From Psammoneis japonica (lineage: Eukaryota), in assembly GCA_008632985.1 (NCBI GenBank), contig QPGO01000048.1, positions 310,001-374,000 on the forward strand: a DNA stretch of 64,000 nt. Direction: 5' to 3'. Below, in pieces: positions 37,372-50,708 of this stretch (positions are counted from its first letter, which is position 1; each line of letters begins with the position of its first letter). The position numbers were made by a program, and so were the translations under genes. A model generated the notes under the pieces. The model was not told where the DNA came from and made no database searches. It saw only the letters and a list, made by a program, of their open reading frames with translations.

Positions 37372-39050
37372 ATGTCATCAGACACCGCCAGCCATCTTCA
37401 AAGCCCACTGCCAAAGAGTGTGTCCGGAGTCCTGTCATTTCGGCGGCGAATGTTTCTTATTACGGTGGCATGCCTCCAGAATATTGCCGCGTCTGGGATA
37501 ATATATGGCTGGGCGAGTGTCGCGGGGTCTTTGTTGGTGGCATCTTTTGAGAACGGAGGCGCCGCCCTGAAATTGGAAGACACGACGAGCATTTTTTCTG
37601 TCGCGGCCTGCGTTTCATTTGCATCATCCCTGTTTCTAGGGTATATTCTAGATCATTTCGGGCCAAGAGCTTGCTCAGTCATATCGCACATCGTTATTGG
37701 AATGGGTTGCGCCGTTTTTGCCTCGGCACATTCTTACTTTGGATTTCTTACTGGGCTGTGCCTTATTGCATTTGGGGGACCAGGGATTGTTTGTTCCGTT
37801 GTTCATCTGGCAAATCTCTTTCCAAACAATCGATTCCTCGTTATGACGACTGTGACGGGAAGCACCACTCTTTCATTTGGTGTTTTTGTACTTTTTGACA
37901 GTCTCTGGATTCGATATGGTTTGGGATTCCGAACTCTTTTTGGAGCTTATTCTACTGTTATCACAGTTTCTTGCGCTGCATCTGTTTTCTTATGGCAAGA
38001 TACGCCCTACGAGCTGGCAGACCAACAGCCACCAGAAGAAAGCATTGGCGAAGACTCACCGTTGATCGAATCCAAGGAACGTACCCGGTTCGTGACATCG
38101 CTGATCGATCATGAACACCTAATCGAACAACCTCTAGATTCTGGATTGCGAAACAACGACAAACATCAGCTTGACCGACACGCGTCATTCCTCATGTCTA
38201 AATCAGCAATAGAAATTGGTAATGAAGAAGCACTGAAGAACATCAGCTTGAAGGATCGTCCGTTTCTCTCGCAAGTCACGAGTGGTTGTTTTCTGCGGAT
38301 AACATCCTTGTTTCTTGTGTTCACATTCTTTGCTAGCCTTTATGTGGCTTCCATTACAATCGAGGTATGTCCCGTACCTAGCTCAAGTATGAGCCCACCC
38401 CTTTGTCCCTGCTTTAAGTGTTGCTTGTTTTCTTTTTGTTGCCATTTAAGCTCGAAGACACCCAGTACTTCTCCGAAGAAGACCAGCATCAGCTTACCCG
38501 CCTTCTAACGTTGTGCATGGCATCAGGGATTCTCGTATCCCCACCTGTTGGGTGGCTATTGGATACGGCTGGATGGGAGACGTGTACTATCGTGACTGTA
38601 ATAGTGGAGCAGATACACATGCTACTGCTCATTTTTTTCACGCGACAGAAAAGTATGATGATGGTTGGTTTTCTCGCCTATACGGCGTTTCGACAGCTAT
38701 TCTTTCCCGTTTTCTTTGCAAGTCTCACAGATAGACTTGGCTACAAATACTTTGGCGTATTGTCAGGAGTTGGATATGCAGTGTCAGGTGTCGGCCAGCT
38801 GTTGATAAGTCCCGTCGTCGTTTTGGTTCAGGGAACATGTCATTTGGAAGTAGATGATCTAAGCCCGACCTCGACAGATTGCACGAACGGCAAATGGACC
38901 GAGCTTCATTTCTTTCAGTTTGTCTTGTTCTGTTTTTTGATGCAAATACCTCGTCTGGATTATCGAATCAAGAAGCGTCAAGAGCGTAATGTCAAGAACG
39001 TTCTCAACATTGGCACACACCAAGGTGTTGCAATGGCGGATTACTTGTAG
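37372..39050 (+). CDS. MFS transporter, SLC43/FMP42-like; exons 37372-38364, 38451-39050
   Basis: Multi-TM pattern with SGIIYGWAS, GYILDHFGPR, HLANLFP and GYKYFGVLSG. In-frame intron 38365-38450. Confidence 0.85.
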
Positions 39051-39620
39051 CAATAGAGGTACGTACGGTTCGGCTGACTGGATGGTATGGCGCTGGCCCT
39101 GGCTGGATAGATAGCGATGGGCTGGATGGCACGGCATGGCATGGCTGTGCTGGCTGGATGGATAGGATATGGCAGGGCATGCCATGATATGTATGAGGAA
39201 ATTGTGAGCGAAAAGTTCAACAGTCTAGATCCGATAATTTCGTTAAATTTGAACACCAATTTTTTACACCTACCGGTAGTACCGGTAGCACACGAGAAGG
39301 TAAAGAATCTTCCACATATCACTGATCAGGGGTGCTCTCGCTGCGAGGTTGACAGCAGGCAAACCAAAAACGTGTCCGTTGCTTCCTATTGCGTTGAATA
39401 GGAAAAACGAAACTACCTAAACAACTCAGCGTAAGTAAACAGATCAAGCGAGCATCCAAACCGCCAACCATGCATTTCTGCAGAGGGGGCATGGCGGGAA
39501 CTGCCGCGAAGTACCTATTCTCGCTGTTCACACTTGACAGAATACTTGAGTGGTGCTGCCTAGAGGAATCATGGTTCGCTTACCGTCTCTTTTGCTTTGT
39601 CTGCCTTCCTTTCTATAGAA

Positions 39621-40278
39621 ATGAGCGCGCAAGCATTCATTGCTTTCTTGAAATGCGAGGCGAATCAAGCCGCGGAGCGCGCCAAGAGCCTAAGAGCTAC
39701 GGCAGCCGCAATCGAAGCGAATGCCGGTAGCGAAGGTAAGAACAAAATAGACGTACCGGTGTGATATGGGGTTGTCACCGGATGCCGGTACTGTAGGTGT
39801 GTTAATCAGACTGCTTGCTCTTGGCCATTTCAAAAGATTCAGGACGAAAGAAGCGCAAAGCCCGCGATCCCAGCAAGCCTAAGAGATCTCACACGGCATA
39901 CACTCTCTATGTGCACGAAAATTACGAGCTGATCAAGAAGAATCAAGATCCCAACATACCTTCAAAAGACATCATATCGCTTGTTGCAAAGCAGTGGGCT
40001 GAAACGAGCGAGGAAGATAAGCAGGTATGATAGAAAGGGTGATTCTAAATGGATTTCTCTTTGAGGATCAACTCACACTGCCGGATGGAACTCTTTCGTA
40101 TATATAGTTGTGGAAAGACCGCGCCTTAGCCCACAAAGTGGCGCATGAATCGAGCGAAGCTGGAGCAGGTGACATGGATGAGATGTTGGAAACTGATGGA
40201 GCAGAAGACTTGGAAGACGGGGACAAGGGCAAGAAAAGGCGCGCAACGAAAAAGGTAGCAAAGATGACCTACGTGTAG
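39621..40278 (+). CDS. HMG-box protein; exons 39621-39735, 39837-40024, 40108-40278
   Basis: RDPSKPKRSHTAYTLY...VAKQWAETSEEDKQ-LWKDRA. Both introns are GT-AG and phase-consistent. Confidence 0.88.
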
Positions 40279-40356
40279 AAGTTGGCTGCCGGGTTGAGGG
40301 CGATTTTACTGAATATGATACATCGTCGAGTGGGGGTTAGCTAGTTTTCATTTCCC

Positions 40357-42054
40357 TCAGCTTGACAATTTCTCTGAAAATAAATCAATAGGTCCGCCAT
40401 GTTGCACAATTTTAACCAGCGACGTGAGCCCTCTCATTATCTGCAGCATTATAAGGGAGTACCACACGTGCACCAGTGTATCAGCATGATCACCAAAATA
40501 CTGCAAACTAACGAAGGCGATTACAGCGACAGACCCACTAAGCGCCATCGCCTTGGCTTGGTATGTAAACTCAGACGCCCCTTGTAGAACGCCATCAGCA
40601 GCAAACACAAAAGAATTGAGGGGCTGCGCAAAAACAAGGACAAAAAGAAGCTTTTGCAGAGCCGCCTGGGTTCCCGGATCGCTTGTGAATGCGTCCAACA
40701 AAAAATGCGTGTAGCTACCAATCTGAAGGACGCAGGCTAGTGCAACGCCCTGTACCAAGCTATAGAAAAACACAGTCTTTGTGATATCTCTAACATCGTC
40801 CTTGTCCTCTCTTCCCAGAGCATCTGCCACGAGGCCTTGAGACGCTGCAGCTAAAGCGTCACACACAAATGATCCGAGCAGCCAGAGTTGAATAGCAATC
40901 TGATGTGCAGCCACGCTTTCTGCCGCTCCGACTTCCGAGCCTATTTCACCTCCTCGAGCCGCCATTGCAGCAGCGCCCAAGAGCGATAGTTGAAGGACAG
41001 ATGATCTCAGAAACACAGACGAGGAAGCCACGATTAGTGGTTTGATTTCTGTCCATGCAGGAATCGAAAGCGTGGGCACCACAGACAAAGAGCTTCCCGG
41101 CTTTTCGTTCCAATGGTTGCTACCAAGCTCCCCATCCGCGCTTGGTAGCCTGCCCGCAAGCACACAGAGAAACAATATCGCACTAAACCATTCAGAAGTT
41201 GTGGTGGCAATCGCCGCGCCCATTGGTCCAAGTCCCGCTCCTGGAATGAGGAGAGCATCCATCACTAGATTCACGACATTGGACAGCACCAATATAACAA
41301 CCGGAGTTTTTGTGTCCAAGTATCCCCGTAATATTCCAGAAGACGCCGATATTACAAATATTGCTGGGGCGGCAAGTCCTCGAATTAAAAAGAACGATGT
41401 GGCGTATTCATTGGCGACAGGTCCTGTGTTTGCTGTGCCCATTACGTGCAGCAACGGCTGGGACAAAGACGACAGGCCAATACACACGATGGTCCCGAGA
41501 AAAAACGCAAGTGTCAGCGCTTGTCCACCAACAGCAAGTGCTTCTGATTCCTTTCCTGCGGCACGTCTTGATGACACAATTGGAGTTGTCGCCGTGCATA
41601 AAAAGTTAAACAGGAAGAAGGAAGACGTCAAAATAGATGCGGCTGTACCCATTCCAGCAAGCGCATTCGCACTCTCTGCAAAGCGCCCAACAAACACGGT
41701 ATCGACCAATGTCATCAGAGGATCTATAAGTAGAGCACCTAACGCAGGGACCGCCAACCCTAAAATCGCTTCTCCTGTCGATTTCTTCGCCACTGACACT
41801 TGCGAGCTCGTGCTGTCAGCTTCCTGGGACATGTAACGGGGTGTGTATTTGTCGCGACGAATAAGAGGCGCTTCTGAATCGTAGTATCCGCCAACATTTT
41901 GGTCTTTTCTGAGATCGAGAATCGTTTTCTGCATTTCACGAACAGGATACTGCCGAAGCATGCATTTCGAAGTGACCGAGAAAGAAACAACCGGAGTTAT
42001 AATCACGTAGAAAAGAAGCGGATACGTCAGCGGTTTCAACCCGAACACACGCAT
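40357..42054 (-). CDS. MATE (DinF-like) efflux transporter, probably plastid-targeted
   Basis: 'LAVPALGALLIDPLMTLVDTVFVGR', 'GILRGYLDTKTP' and 'AAHQI'. Signal peptide ending VVS-F followed by a transit-like region. Confidence 0.9.
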   Translation of the reverse strand: MRVFGLKPLTYPLLFYVIITPVVSFSVTSKCMLRQYPVREMQKTILDLRKDQNVGGYYDSEAPLIRRDKYTPRYMSQEADSTSSQVSVAKKSTGEAILGLAVPALGALLIDPLMTLVDTVFVGRFAESANALAGMGTAASILTSSFFLFNFLCTATTPIVSSRRAAGKESEALAVGGQALTLAFFLGTIVCIGLSSLSQPLLHVMGTANTGPVANEYATSFFLIRGLAAPAIFVISASSGILRGYLDTKTPVVILVLSNVVNLVMDALLIPGAGLGPMGAAIATTTSEWFSAILFLCVLAGRLPSADGELGSNHWNEKPGSSLSVVPTLSIPAWTEIKPLIVASSSVFLRSSVLQLSLLGAAAMAARGGEIGSEVGAAESVAAHQIAIQLWLLGSFVCDALAAASQGLVADALGREDKDDVRDITKTVFFYSLVQGVALACVLQIGSYTHFLLDAFTSDPGTQAALQKLLFVLVFAQPLNSFVFAADGVLQGASEFTYQAKAMALSGSVAVIAFVSLQYFGDHADTLVHVWYSLIMLQIMRGLTSLVKIVQHGGPIDLFSEKLSS

Positions 42055-42526
42055 TCAAGTATGCTTTTGTTGCCACGCAAAAAATTCCGGTGCTCACAGC
42101 TGCTCTGTCGGAGCTTGAGATGTATTGTGCGATCCGGTGACCGGTGACCGGTGATGCGATGATCAATCTCCGCGCTGCGTGCGCCGTTTTTTGCCGCCGA
42201 CCGCCGATGACGTGTCTGTGAAATTCGAACACATCGACTAAAAGCGAGGGCTAAGAATGTTCCTACCGGTACCGTACCGGTAGGACCTAAAGGTACCGTA
42301 CTTGAACTTGTTTTCAAATTACCTCAACTAAACCTTAACTCAAAGCTTGCTACTTGTCACAGTGTAGTAACAAAAATATGACACTTCTGGAGAGTACCGG
42401 TACCACCCAAGAGTGCGTGACAGCGCGATATCATTTTCATTGGTTCAAGGCACAACTTACGATTCTGTATATAAGACACTTCGTGTTGTCCAAGAGACCT
42501 CGAGGACAAGTCAATCAGAGTTTATC

Positions 42527-43420
42527 TTACAATCGCTCGCCAAACCCCTTCGACCACCTATCGTTATTAATTGCATATCTTTTGAAGGATTCTTCTCGAA
42601 CGATTGTCGCCACATCGCGAAGCAACGGCTTTGTTTTGTAGGAGTCCAACAGTTCTACCGAACCATCTGGTCGTTCGAGGTAAACCTGCCACGGCCCTGG
42701 GTACGCACGGAAAACCCAACCCTTGGATATACGTTTGAGATAGTACGCCTCCTCGAAACCCCGTTTGTTTCCAAGGTCGTATGTGGTTGAATAAGCATTG
42801 TTTAGAACAATCACAGGTGCTCCGGGTGATCCATGTGCGCTCACAAGACGATCCCAGGTCTCCTCGCCGCCCGGGTTAACGCAGATGACTACTTCTCCGT
42901 TACGGCCAGCACGACGGCTTTCAGGACTCATAACTGCACCGCTTCTACTGAGGTCTCCCATGGATTTTACATACTTGAAATTTACTGGCTCTGCAGATAA
43001 CACCGCAACTGGTTTCCCTCCAATGGGGCTTCCCTTTGCTGCTGCTCCAATTTTCTTTGCCCAGAAAAATGTTAGAATAGGGGATCAGGTTCCGGGAGAG
43101 ATCGCTGCCCGGTTTGTAGCCGCCAACGAAGCTCAGATCTTTACCAACGACAGTCTTTCCAAACTTCTGGTTTAGCGGGGTCCCAAACCTTACCTAAAGG
43201 ACACGTTGTATTGAGCGAAGTCACGGCAGAAACTGCACGGGAATCACAAATTGACGCCACTCACCTCCTCGGCATTAGGAACTGGTGGGAAGTTTACTTC
43301 GATCTTCTTTTTCCCCGCGCCCACAGCTCTCGAGACTGCAGCACTCGCTTGTTTTGCAATTTGGTCGTTGAACCAACCATCGTACAACTTTGGCATATCC
43401 TTTCCTCCGCCTATGGTTTT
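42527..43420 (-). pseudogene. DUF1995-type plastid protein gene, frameshifted in this assembly; 5' end unclear
   Basis: 'IEVNFPP', 'YYLKRISKGWVFRAYPGPWQVY', intron 43264-43194, and a +1 frameshift around the A5 run at 43065-43069. Confidence 0.65.
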
Positions 43421-43577
43421 CCGTTCAGATTGCAAAGATGTGATGAACACAATCAATGTACATAATCTCGGACGGTGCTGATGGGCTGGTGGTGATCAAG
43501 CTCTCTCGCTTTCTCGGCAATGGTTGAGAGTTGAGAGGGAGAGCCTCGCAGAATTACAGACATCGAATTTCACACTC

Positions 43578-43688
43578 TCGCAGTCGTGAGAAAATCGGGT
43601 GTAATTTTGGGGTGTTAATTCGCGCGATGCGCGTTTTTACACCCCCAAAATTACACCCCGAATTACACCCCAATTTCCACGACTGCGA
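43578..43688. mobile_element. ~110-bp palindromic MITE-like element
   Basis: TCGCAGTCGTG / CACGACTGCGA termini, with inner GGGTGTAATT / AATTACACCC arms. Confidence 0.65.
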
Positions 43689-44271
43689 CGGGTCTGAAAC
43701 ATCAGTTTGGTCCCAGAACACGACTAATCTATTCACACATTCAAGACTCAGCGCTCGATCGTTGCAGCAAATCGCAACCTCCAAACCGTCAGCCGTCAGC
43801 TTCTACTGTACAGGAGAGAACGAGACCATTCATCAACGTCTGATTACCTCTGTTGCAATTGCTTATATTACCAACCTCCGAGAGCTTTGTACTCTCTATC
43901 GCATGATAGGACTGTCTCTCGACTAGCAACACATGAAACACATCAACGGCAAGATGAAGCACCCGCAGCCGACATCGCTACTGCCAACTGACGCTCTCAT
44001 GGTGTCCCTGGCGCTCGCCTACCAACGCTGTTGGCCAGTATGTGTTGCCATAGGCTCAAGTTCAAGAAATAGGCTGGTATGTCGTCTCAACGGAAAAATG
44101 ATTAACATCCATATCTTAGGATAATTTTATATATGCCGATTTGTAACCTTTTTCGCGAATATTCGGTCCGTCATCTATCCGTCAGATTATGGATTTTCGT
44201 GACCCTTCATGCCTTTTTCACCGCGACACAGCACGGCAAAATGGCGTCGTCACGCCGTCACGATTTTGAGC

Positions 44272-44375
44272 ACAATGGAGGGTGGGGCATCGGTCGCCGA
44301 CGATTGTATTAGCCCCATTCGATACTTTAAAGGCTCGAATATGTCATCGGCGACCGATGCCCCACCTTCCATTGT
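44272..44375. repeat. 32-bp inverted repeat with 40-bp spacer
   Basis: 44272-44303 versus 44344-44375, 2 mismatches. Confidence 0.85.
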
Positions 44376-45303
44376 TATGAAAATGCCGTCTCATTTTCGC
44401 CATGGCCGACCTTACCAACAGTTGACAGGGTACGTATATTTCTACGTGATTCAGTACTCGTCATTTGAATTTCCATTTTTCTCACACCGCAACATCATCA
44501 ACCGCCATCGTCGTTCGCGTAGCCATGGCATCTAGGTAAAAAAGAGAGTAGCGCTACAGGAAAGAAAAAATTGGCTGTCCTATTAAAAAGAGAGTTAATG
44601 ATGCTCTCATTCTTTTGACAGCACACGTCTTGGTGAGCTCTGATGGGAAACGCCTGATGGCCAAATGCAGGAGACATTCATCGTGTGCTCCAGAATGGCG
44701 ACATTCGAGGCGGAATAACCAAAAGTGAGACATTGGATGCAATTTAGAAGGGATCTATTGAGTCTGTTGGTGCTTGTATTGCAAAATATACCGTGAAGGC
44801 ATGTGACAAGGTGGATGCCGTTGATGACGAGAAAGCTCCTTTCGCCGACGAGCCTCAAAATGACTCGACACCATGCCGTGGTTGGGGTGGAGAGAGGCAT
44901 AAGCTAGTAATATTGATGTCTGTTCAAGACAACTTGGAGGAAATGAAAGAGTAGTAATATATTTTTATGGAAATAGCAAGTCTAGCGGCTCATAATTTTT
45001 TGTCAGCAGTGCAGTTGGCAAAATTTGCATCCATTCACAGCTTCGAGTCCTCACGATTCTGTGGTGTTCGACACCCACTCTCAATATTGGGTGGAATATC
45101 ATCATATTCTTCGAAATTATTCTCTTCTTCAACATCTCAAAACGACTCAGCTACCGGTATAGTCGTCATGGTAAAGTACAGCGCTGCCCTTCGAGGTTGG
45201 ATTGGAGGTGGAGAAAAAAATTCTAATGTTGCACCTAATTTAATGCCAATATATACGTAGAAAAGACAGCAAAAAAGCGCGCAGGCCAACCCGTATTCGC
45301 AGA

Positions 45304-47263
45304 ATGGGATTCACCGTGGCGGCCTTCATACCAGCCTATTTCTTGAACTTGAGCCTATGGTGTTGCCCCTTCGTTGGTGATTTGCACCGTTCCACTGCTG
45401 CTTCAAGTGATTTTGGCCGTTGTGAACCAGCTCACAGTAAATCACGCAAGCCTCTTTATTGTCTTAACCGTATCCCTCGACGCAGTTGTACGGTTGACAA
45501 GTCAACGATACGCTCCCTCTTGTTCTGATGAGCGAGGCAGAGAATTGACACAAGGGCGAGTCCTTTCGCTACTGGCGTGTGCCATTGTCAGCGTCGTCCT
45601 GATACGGTTCCTCGTTTTACCAGTCCTCTTGTTGGCGTTAGTAGAAACGAACCATGCAAGCAGTGTCATTCTCTTTGAAGAAACTGAGGATACAAGCATT
45701 GCTACAGCCTTCATTCCATTCATTCCATATGAAACCATGTTTCGATGGTCGATGAGCGCATTTATTCTTGGTCTCACGGTTTTGCTGCGATTTGTGGGCT
45801 GGGCCTCTGTTGGTAAGTGGCATTGTTTTGCTCTCTGGGGTGTTCATCTCCTGTACTCTATCAAGCGTCTCTCACTATATTGGAAATCTCTTCTCGTTTG
45901 CTTAGTTCGATGTTCCACCGCTCCCCTTGTATCCAATTCATATTGGGCGGGCTTCAAGGCACTACTCGTAGATGGCGTGCTAGACCTGATTGCAGGCCTA
46001 AGTCGTAGTAAGCGCATTTTGTGTCGTCGCCAAGTTGCTAGCCATGTGCCGCACCGACGATACAAGAAGCCGACAGTCCGGGCATCAGCCTTGCATGTCG
46101 TTTTGGCAATTCTCAGTGGAATAGCTGTTGCATTTTTGATGTGCCCGCTCAAGACTGCATATTTTGTCAGTACTGTCGTGACCTGCGTCATTCAGCTGTT
46201 GTGCACGACCCTTGACGGTGTCTCTCACGAGCTGGACCCCAAGCGTTACTACAAGGCTAGTTTGAACCTCTTTCATGCAATGAAGTGGATTGTTCCTAAG
46301 ATGACAACAATCGTTTCTCTTTCAACATTGACGTCCGTGGTTCTGTTGTGGCTAGTACCGGCAGCTCAAGACGATTGCCATGCCTCACTCTTTGTGTTGA
46401 CCTGCTTTGGAGCTTCGGCTGTACTGACCTGCTACTTGACCATTACAGATGAAGCCTACCGCATGAGACTCTGCGCCGGGGGGTTGAGTTTGCGGGACCT
46501 CTTGTACAACGTACATCATCAAGACTCGCCATACTTCTGCATGGGTGTGTTGCTGAAGGCTATTCTTTGCGATGAATCTGCCCTTAGTACTATCGTCGAT
46601 AGTAACACTCCTATTCAAGGCTACAACCTAGAAGCACAGTTACGGCTGGAGCTACAGATGGTTTATAAATGTGCTGAGCAAGTGGAGAACGCTCGAGTGA
46701 GATTCTGGTTTTGCTTGGAGCAAGACATTTTGCGACTGCTAATCCTTGAGTCTCTTGGAGGAACAGCCGCGCCAATGTCAAATGTGCTGTACTGGGTAAC
46801 ATGCGAGGATTCTGGAGACGTCCGTATGTCAGTTGTATTAGTACGGGCGCTCTGTGCCCACATTAGTGGATTGGGTACGGCTTTACTCTCTTCCACGGAG
46901 CCGTTCTTGCCACCGGGAGCCTTGGTTTGCGCCGATCATGCCGTGAGAGCTGTTGCCCGACTGGTCGTCTGTGACTTGTCGTCCAACAGGCGTCCTGCAA
47001 GCTGCAACTGTACACCACTTTCAAAGTTGGTCCCTGCAGTGGTTGAATCCATCAATGTGCTTCGAAACGGAATTGGCATGAATACGAAGCACATAAAAGA
47101 CGAAGAACGCGTTCCACTTCTTCATGCATGTGACGAATCTGTTGTCTCTTTTCTGAGCGTCTTTGACCCTGGGATGCGCCGAAAGATGAATGGTGATCTC
47201 TTCTCTCCACTACAAGTTGTATCTCAGGAACTCGGTGACTGGATTGTGGGACTCGATTGGTAA
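45304..47263 (+). CDS. Multi-pass membrane protein, possibly NDC1-like nucleoporin; needs a 1-nt correction near 45366-45369
   Basis: 629-aa ORF with many N-terminal TM segments and a helical C-terminus ('AVRAVARLV', 'LVPAVVESI'). The ATG at 45304 is one base out of frame. Confidence 0.45.
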
Positions 47264-47504
47264 GCTGTAGCAACCAGCCACAATTCGCCAGCTTTTCGTG
47301 CAATTAGCGAGTAGCAAAAATACTTCTAGGTTTGTTCTAGATCAACGATTTTTCCATTTCGTAGTTACTTAGATAAAAAGTTTTTGCCTTGAGTGTTTAG
47401 TTGCGTTGCGTTGCGTTGCCTTGCTTTGAAAGAATTCTTTACAAAAAGGCTGCAGCGATAACCATCTGTGAGCCTGAATGTCAACGTCTGGTTTCCATGG
47501 CCTG

Positions 47505-47810
47505 AATTACTGCTGAATGGCGCTGAGTCAAATATAAAGTCAGAGGTAAGAGGCTATTTACCGCTTCATCTTGCAATACTGCGCGGACACCTGGACACGG
47601 CACGAATGCTAATTGGCGAATGGAGCGGGTGTTAACGAGACCAATGAAAACTCTTATTCAGCTCTGCACCCATTGGGTAGCAATGAGATTTTGTCAAAGC
47701 TGCTTCTCGAGCATGGAGCTGATGCAAGTTCAAAAACACGACACGGAGTCAAGCCAGTATATCTTGCGATCATGCTGGGTCATCAAGCCGTCCGAAAGAC
47801 GCTTGAGTAG
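47505..47810 (+). pseudogene. Ankyrin-repeat gene fragment
   Basis: LLLNGA...LPLHLAILRGHLDTARML / ANGAGVN...LLLEHGADAS...GH, with a frameshift near 47612 and no intact start. Confidence 0.75.
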
Positions 47811-47999
47811 TAAGTACTCGACACTTGAAGATAATAGAACCTGGAGAAAGGAAGTGCTGGGCATGACGGAGTTCTATACTTTTTTACTAGCATATACATA
47901 AATTTATCGCAGAATACTTTCCGCGATCGAAATCTGGCTGGAGGGGTGAAAAGGGCACATCTATTTATGGAAGAAACCAGATTTAAGATGATTTGCTTA

Positions 48000-50528
48000 C
48001 AGAGTACCGTAGTTGCAAAGCTGAGTGACGGTTTTCTCCTACAGTAGCAGACCTGAGTTCCCCAACATAGCAAGTAGACAAAAGCCACTGATCTCCTCAT
48101 AGCACTGTTTGATGTACGGGCCTTTCGTGGTAAGATCACTACGTTCAGTGTCGCTTCGACGAGCTTCTTGCGGTATGGCAGATAAGATGATCCTTGAATT
48201 TCTCGGTGGCTCTATCCGACGTCTAGCATACATTCCTCCAAAAAGAATATCTGCTAGGAACATAAACAATGGAAGAAGTCACAAATGCTGACTGCAACGC
48301 ACACCAAACTCCAGTAGGATGTGGTCCATTTTCCCTCGCAGAGACTAGGAACTGATGGTCTCGCTATCTACCAGACCAGCGCCGAAGAAGGTTACTGATA
48401 GCACCACTTTCAGAGGCATTGGCGAGTAATGCTCTGTCAAGTCTTTCGCAGAGGTGAATGCCTGATTCGGCATGACCAGCTGCATCGCAACATTGCATCG
48501 CTTTTGCGGCCGTAGAAGCTAAGACTTCTTGGTCTTCTTCAGAAAGAGATGTTTTGGCACTGGAGATGGAGTGTGCTGCTGCCGTGATACGGTGAATGTG
48601 GCGATGTGCGCTTTCCCAGCTTCTACCGAGTGACGGGTCCCACTCTGTTGAAAGCGATAACGCGTAGCCGTAGCATTGTTCCGCGTCAGACCAGCGCTTT
48701 CGCCCATGATTGTTCGCATTGCTGATCTTGAGCACTCACTGCAATTTTATAAAGGGTGGCGGCATGCCCACTGCATCCAACGCCGCATAGAGAAATCATC
48801 AGGGATGTGAGGATCTCCTCACCGCCGCGTACCCCCACCACCAGAGGTAGCAAGGACTCTTCGAGCGTCACGTTTCCTCTTTCAGAACGCAGTGTGCCAG
48901 CTTTACTTCTGTCCATAGAGTACATGGCGACGTCTACAAGGCGACCACAGAAAAGAGACATCCCGAAGCGACCAGCGGCGTTACAATTGCGCAATACAGA
49001 TGCTACAACGCCCCCCATTTCCGAGTGCCACGACAATGGATCCTTGTTGTCATCAGTATCAAGGTCAAATATGTCATCACCAGGGACAAGCCAGTTTGGA
49101 TCGTCGCATTTATCAATAACGGTGCATAGAACGTTGATGGCGGCTTCCCAATTCCCGTCCCGTTCGCAAGCTGTAACAACGCCTTTCAGTCCGTCGACAC
49201 TCAGCGGCCCGCCATCCTCAATTTCTCGAAACAGTGCCATTGCTTGAATGCTCGCATCTCCCTTCTCCAAGGTAGCGCCACACAAGGCTCGCATCGCCAA
49301 GTCCCTTATCAATGGACCGATGGCACCCGATCCGCCGCCCCATTGCCACTCGCTTTCTGCATCGAAATTGTCGTCCAACAATTCCACATACAACTCTAAT
49401 GCTTCATCATAACGAGAGCATAGGAGACAAGCATGCATGGCAGCAGCAACAAGTGACTATAAGACAACAATGTCAGTGTAAGGTATGAAAGAAAAACAGC
49501 TGTGTATATCAAAAAGTCAGTTCACACACCCTTCCGAGTCTCTCACTCTTGTAGCTAGTCCTAAGGTATCTGATGCATGACTCCCATTCTCCAACAAGCC
49601 CCAGTGTCACTCCAGCGGCCATTACATCTTCAACGATAGAAATAAGAAATAAAAAACAATGAAGGTAAGAACGATTCTCTCAAGCTCATAGGCAGCGACC
49701 GACATGCAGTTCTCGTGACTCACATTTATGTTGATCCGTCGGCGACACCATGGACATTTTTAGAACAGCCTCCATGACCTGTTCTGTTGCGGCGCCTCCT
49801 TCCTTCTGAGTCTGACGTGCTATCGAGTAGAGACCAACTGGATCTTTGAACGATGTGTTCATGGGTATGTACCCCGAGGCATCGGGGTCGATCTGGGCCC
49901 AGAACAGATCTGCGGCTTCCTTCCACAACTCTTCGCGCGACGCAGCAAGTACGGCACATTCATAGTGATGCGGCTGTATGTCGAGATTCCATCCCTTCAA
50001 AAGTCTAAAGATCTCCAAACAGAGTCGGAAGGGAGATCGTTCCATTTCTTCGAAGTGCGGTGTGGAGGAGAAAACCAAAATTGTTTCACCAAGAAAGTAA
50101 CATATTTCGCGGCCGTGCTTCCCAGATGGACTAATAACACCCTTTTCAACGGATTCCTGAACAAGACTTAAAAGACTCTCGGTTTTCTTCAAAAGCTGCA
50201 ATCGTTCGGAATGCTCTTTCGCATAACTCGCATGTATCCAGGGAGGTGGCATGGGCTCAAGCTCGAGCGCTTGACGCCGCAACGAAGCGATTTCGTCAGT
50301 GGCTTCTGCCATGGTGGGAGAAGACGGATTTCTCTGGCCTTGCAAGCCGCTTCCACGGTGTCGACTCTCATTCGTTTCACTCTTGTTGCGTTGCTGCGCC
50401 ATGCGATAGAGCGGTGGTCCATAATAAGTGGCCGTCGGAACGATGAGGTGGGGAAAAGACTGTCGAAAGCACCTCCTTGACGCGACCGGACGCCTGAGTT
50501 GGCTTATAGAGCCACGACATCGTTCCAT
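48000..50528 (-). pseudogene. PPR-like helical-repeat protein gene with frameshifts and a degenerate 3' end
   Basis: 'MHACLLCSRYDEALELY', 'VVTACERDGNWEAAINVL' and 'YECAVLAASREELWKEAADLF'. Frame breaks near 48700 and 48365. Confidence 0.6.
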
Positions 50529-50708
50529 CCTTGTCTATGCTGTGCTCACGGCTCACGGTTGCCTTTGCGGTGTGTTTCCAGTGAACCCAGCCGCCGCCGC
50601 TCGGCCTCATGCGTGCATGGCTTAGTACAGTATGAGCTTTCAGCTTGCGCCTAATAGCTAGAGTAGCTAGCTACTTCTACTCTCTAGAGAGTAGAGATAG
50701 TGGCCCTA

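Noticed and set aside
39065..39190. TGGC/TGGA-rich tract after the MFS stop codon
   Set aside because: Ordinary low-complexity sequence with no defined unit or structure.
41042..41836. 264-aa plus-strand ORF
   Set aside because: Antisense shadow of the MATE gene.
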